A stretch of DNA of 64,000 bases from Candidatus Micrarchaeota archaeon (lineage in GTDB: Archaea > Micrarchaeota > Micrarchaeia > Anstonellales > Anstonellaceae): NCBI GenBank assembly GCA_964650545.1, contig CAZYTZ010000001.1:23686-87685 (forward strand), in the 5' to 3' direction. The notes beneath the pieces were generated by a model. The model did no database searches. It was not told the DNA's origin and saw only the letters and a program-made list of their open reading frames with translations. Shown piece after piece: positions 62,623 to 64,000 of the stretch. Made by a program: the position numbers and the translations under genes. Numbering within the stretch: position 1 is the stretch's first letter; the number at the start of each line of letters is the position of its first letter.

Positions 62623-64000
62623 TTACCTGTACATGGTGTTTGCCTCTCCTTTGGCAAACTTCTTTATCTTGTCCACGTACGCCTTGGTGATGGAGGGCTT
62701 GACCGTCCCAAGCGACTCCTCAAAGTCCTTCGGCTCAACCTTGTCAACATTCACGCCGCGCCTGATTGCCGCCATGCCTGCCTCGCGGCACACGTTCTCA
62801 ATGTCGGCGCCTGTGTAGCCATCCGTCTTTGTCGCAATTTCCGGCAGGTTCACTGCCTTTGTAATAGGCATTGCCTTTGTGTGTATCTTGAGTATCTCCA
62901 AGCGGGTTTTCTCGTCAGGCGGGGGAATCTCTATTATCCTGTCAAACCTGCCGCCGCGCATGAGCGCCATGTCCATAAGCTCAGGCCTGTTGGTGGCTGC
63001 AATCACCACCACGTTCTTCAGGCCCGTAAGGCCGTCCATTTCGGTGAGCAATGTGTCAACAACCCTCTCAGTCACGCGGTTGCCTTCATCCCCTCCTCCC
63101 CTGTGCGGGGCTATGGAGTCGATTTCGTCAATGAAAATCACGCAGGGAGTTGCCATGCGCGCCTTCCTGAATGTCTCGCGCACTGCCTTTTCCGAGTTGT
63201 GGACAAGAAGATCCCCATTGCCTGCGAGGAACCGCTGGCAGCCTGGCACTCCTATGTCATAAACGTGCTGCCTGTTATAAGGAATTTTAGCCACAGAAAT
63301 TACCTTATCCCAGTGATAGTCGCTTTCCACAAGCTCCCACGCGAGCTTGAAAGTGCGTTGCGGGTCATGCCTTTCAAGCGCCTGGCGCAGCCTGTCAATT
63401 CCAATTGTCGCGCTCTTTGCCCACTCCTCAAACCCGTTCTCCACGAGCCATATTCGCAATCCCAAATCCAGTGGCACCTGGCTGCTGCGCCTCCACGCTT
63501 TTCTGGAGGGATATGCCATAAGGCGCTCCTGCTTTGATTTTTGGCTGAACCCGATTTCGAAGAATTTTTCGAAGTTTGACACTCCGCTGAAGAGGACCTT
63601 GAACTTTTCTTTTCCATTCCTTTTTTCAACACCTCTGTAAAGAGTGGCTACAATGCCGAAATGAAGGAGCATGTGCTGCAAATCGTGTGCGAGTTGCCGG
63701 CTGGACGTTGACGCTTCCACGTATGAGCGGTGGCTGTTGCCGTGCACGCTTCCATCGCCGCTGTAATAGGCGCGCAGGAAAGCCGCCATGTGGAGATTGG
63801 GCGCGGCGAAAAGGAAATCAGGAATCCGTTTGTTGTCCGCATAGGGGGCAAGCGCCAGTGTTTTTTGGAAGAAGAGGGCGAGCAATGGGTGCTCTGCCCT
63901 TATCACTCCGTCATATGCCTTGGCTTCAATTCCAAGGCGGGCGAGGGATGCCGAAAGCTCACATCGGTTTTCCTCATTATGGTTGGAAAAGCGAAGGCAT
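62623..64000 (-). CDS. AAA+ ATPase (CDC48/PAN-like) interrupted by an intein. It is partial, and the gene continues beyond the window edge.
   Basis: The C-extein reads SEKAVRETFRKARMATPCVIFIDEIDS...AATNRPELMDMALMRGGRFDRIIEIPPPD (Walker B, SRH). The upstream frame is open to nt 64000 and encodes intein blocks (LRAYYSGDGSVHGN, a LAGLIDADG-like block, and ...NGDLLVHN, the C-terminal splice junction before Ser). Confidence 0.75.
   Translation of the reverse strand, partial: CLRFSNHNEENRCELSASLARLGIEAKAYDGVIRAEHPLLALFFQKTLALAPYADNKRIPDFLFAAPNLHMAAFLRAYYSGDGSVHGNSHRSYVEASTSSRQLAHDLQHMLLHFGIVATLYRGVEKRNGKEKFKVLFSGVSNFEKFFEIGFSQKSKQERLMAYPSRKAWRRSSQVPLDLGLRIWLVENGFEEWAKSATIGIDRLRQALERHDPQRTFKLAWELVESDYHWDKVISVAKIPYNRQHVYDIGVPGCQRFLAGNGDLLVHNSEKAVRETFRKARMATPCVIFIDEIDSIAPHRGGGDEGNRVTERVVDTLLTEMDGLTGLKNVVVIAATNRPELMDMALMRGGRFDRIIEIPPPDEKTRLEILKIHTKAMPITKAVNLPEIATKTDGYTGADIENVCREAGMAAIRRGVNVDKVEPKDFEESLGTVKPSITKAYVDKIKKFAKGEANTMYR
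63196..64000 (-). mobile_element. Intein with LAGLIDADG-type homing-endonuclease features inside the AAA+ ATPase gene. Only the C-terminal part is in the window.
   Basis: The C-terminal splice junction HN|S lies at 63193-63201. The insertion is between the Walker A region and the (W)xGES|E(K/A)xVRExF block of the AAA domain. Confidence 0.6.

Noticed and set aside
1-64000. CRISPR arrays, rRNA genes, and IS or transposase genes.
   Set aside because: There are no regularly spaced direct repeats of CRISPR type, no rRNA-like conserved stretches, and no transposase or integrase-like ORFs. The only repeats noticed are the 15-mer motif and the short palindromes listed above.

Overview
This window looks like an archaeal chromosomal segment that is GC-rich by eye. 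Archaeal markers are aIF5B, Hjc, Pelota, ABCE1, the RFC small subunit, Bud32, Trm1, and an HMG-CoA synthase/thiolase/DUF35 mevalonate cluster. Four tRNAs are present (His, Phe, Ala, Asn). By my manual folding, tRNA-Ala and tRNA-Asn each carry two introns, including non-canonical D-loop and T-loop positions. I do not assign a lineage. Housekeeping genes read from the ORF translations are dcd, cysS, ppdK, an MFS transporter, ileS, eno, aroA, a CBS-domain protein, two TrmB-family regulators, and a partial AAA+ ATPase interrupted by an intein at the right edge. Likely accessory content is a HEPN/MNT pair, two AbiEii-type nucleotidyltransferase toxin-antitoxin-like pairs, and an HNH/SWIM gene pair in an islet between two tRNAs. 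Two regions have no recognisable homologues and are the best candidates for something undescribed. The first is a co-directional operon of four genes (131, 1125, 807 and 1621 aa) ending next to tRNA-Ala. The second is a cluster of three paralogous Cys-rich proteins of about 525 aa, each internally duplicated, grouped with a TrmB regulator and a secreted beta-rich protein. Other oddities are an enolase with ATA where the start codon should be, an exact 15-mer found three times in intergenic DNA, a partially duplicated gene 3' end around a perfect 22-nt palindrome, and a roughly 380-nt hairpin-rich noncoding stretch beside tRNA-Asn. No CRISPR arrays, rRNA genes, integrases or transposases were seen. 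All calls rest on manual reading of the ORF translations and the sequence, with no database searches.
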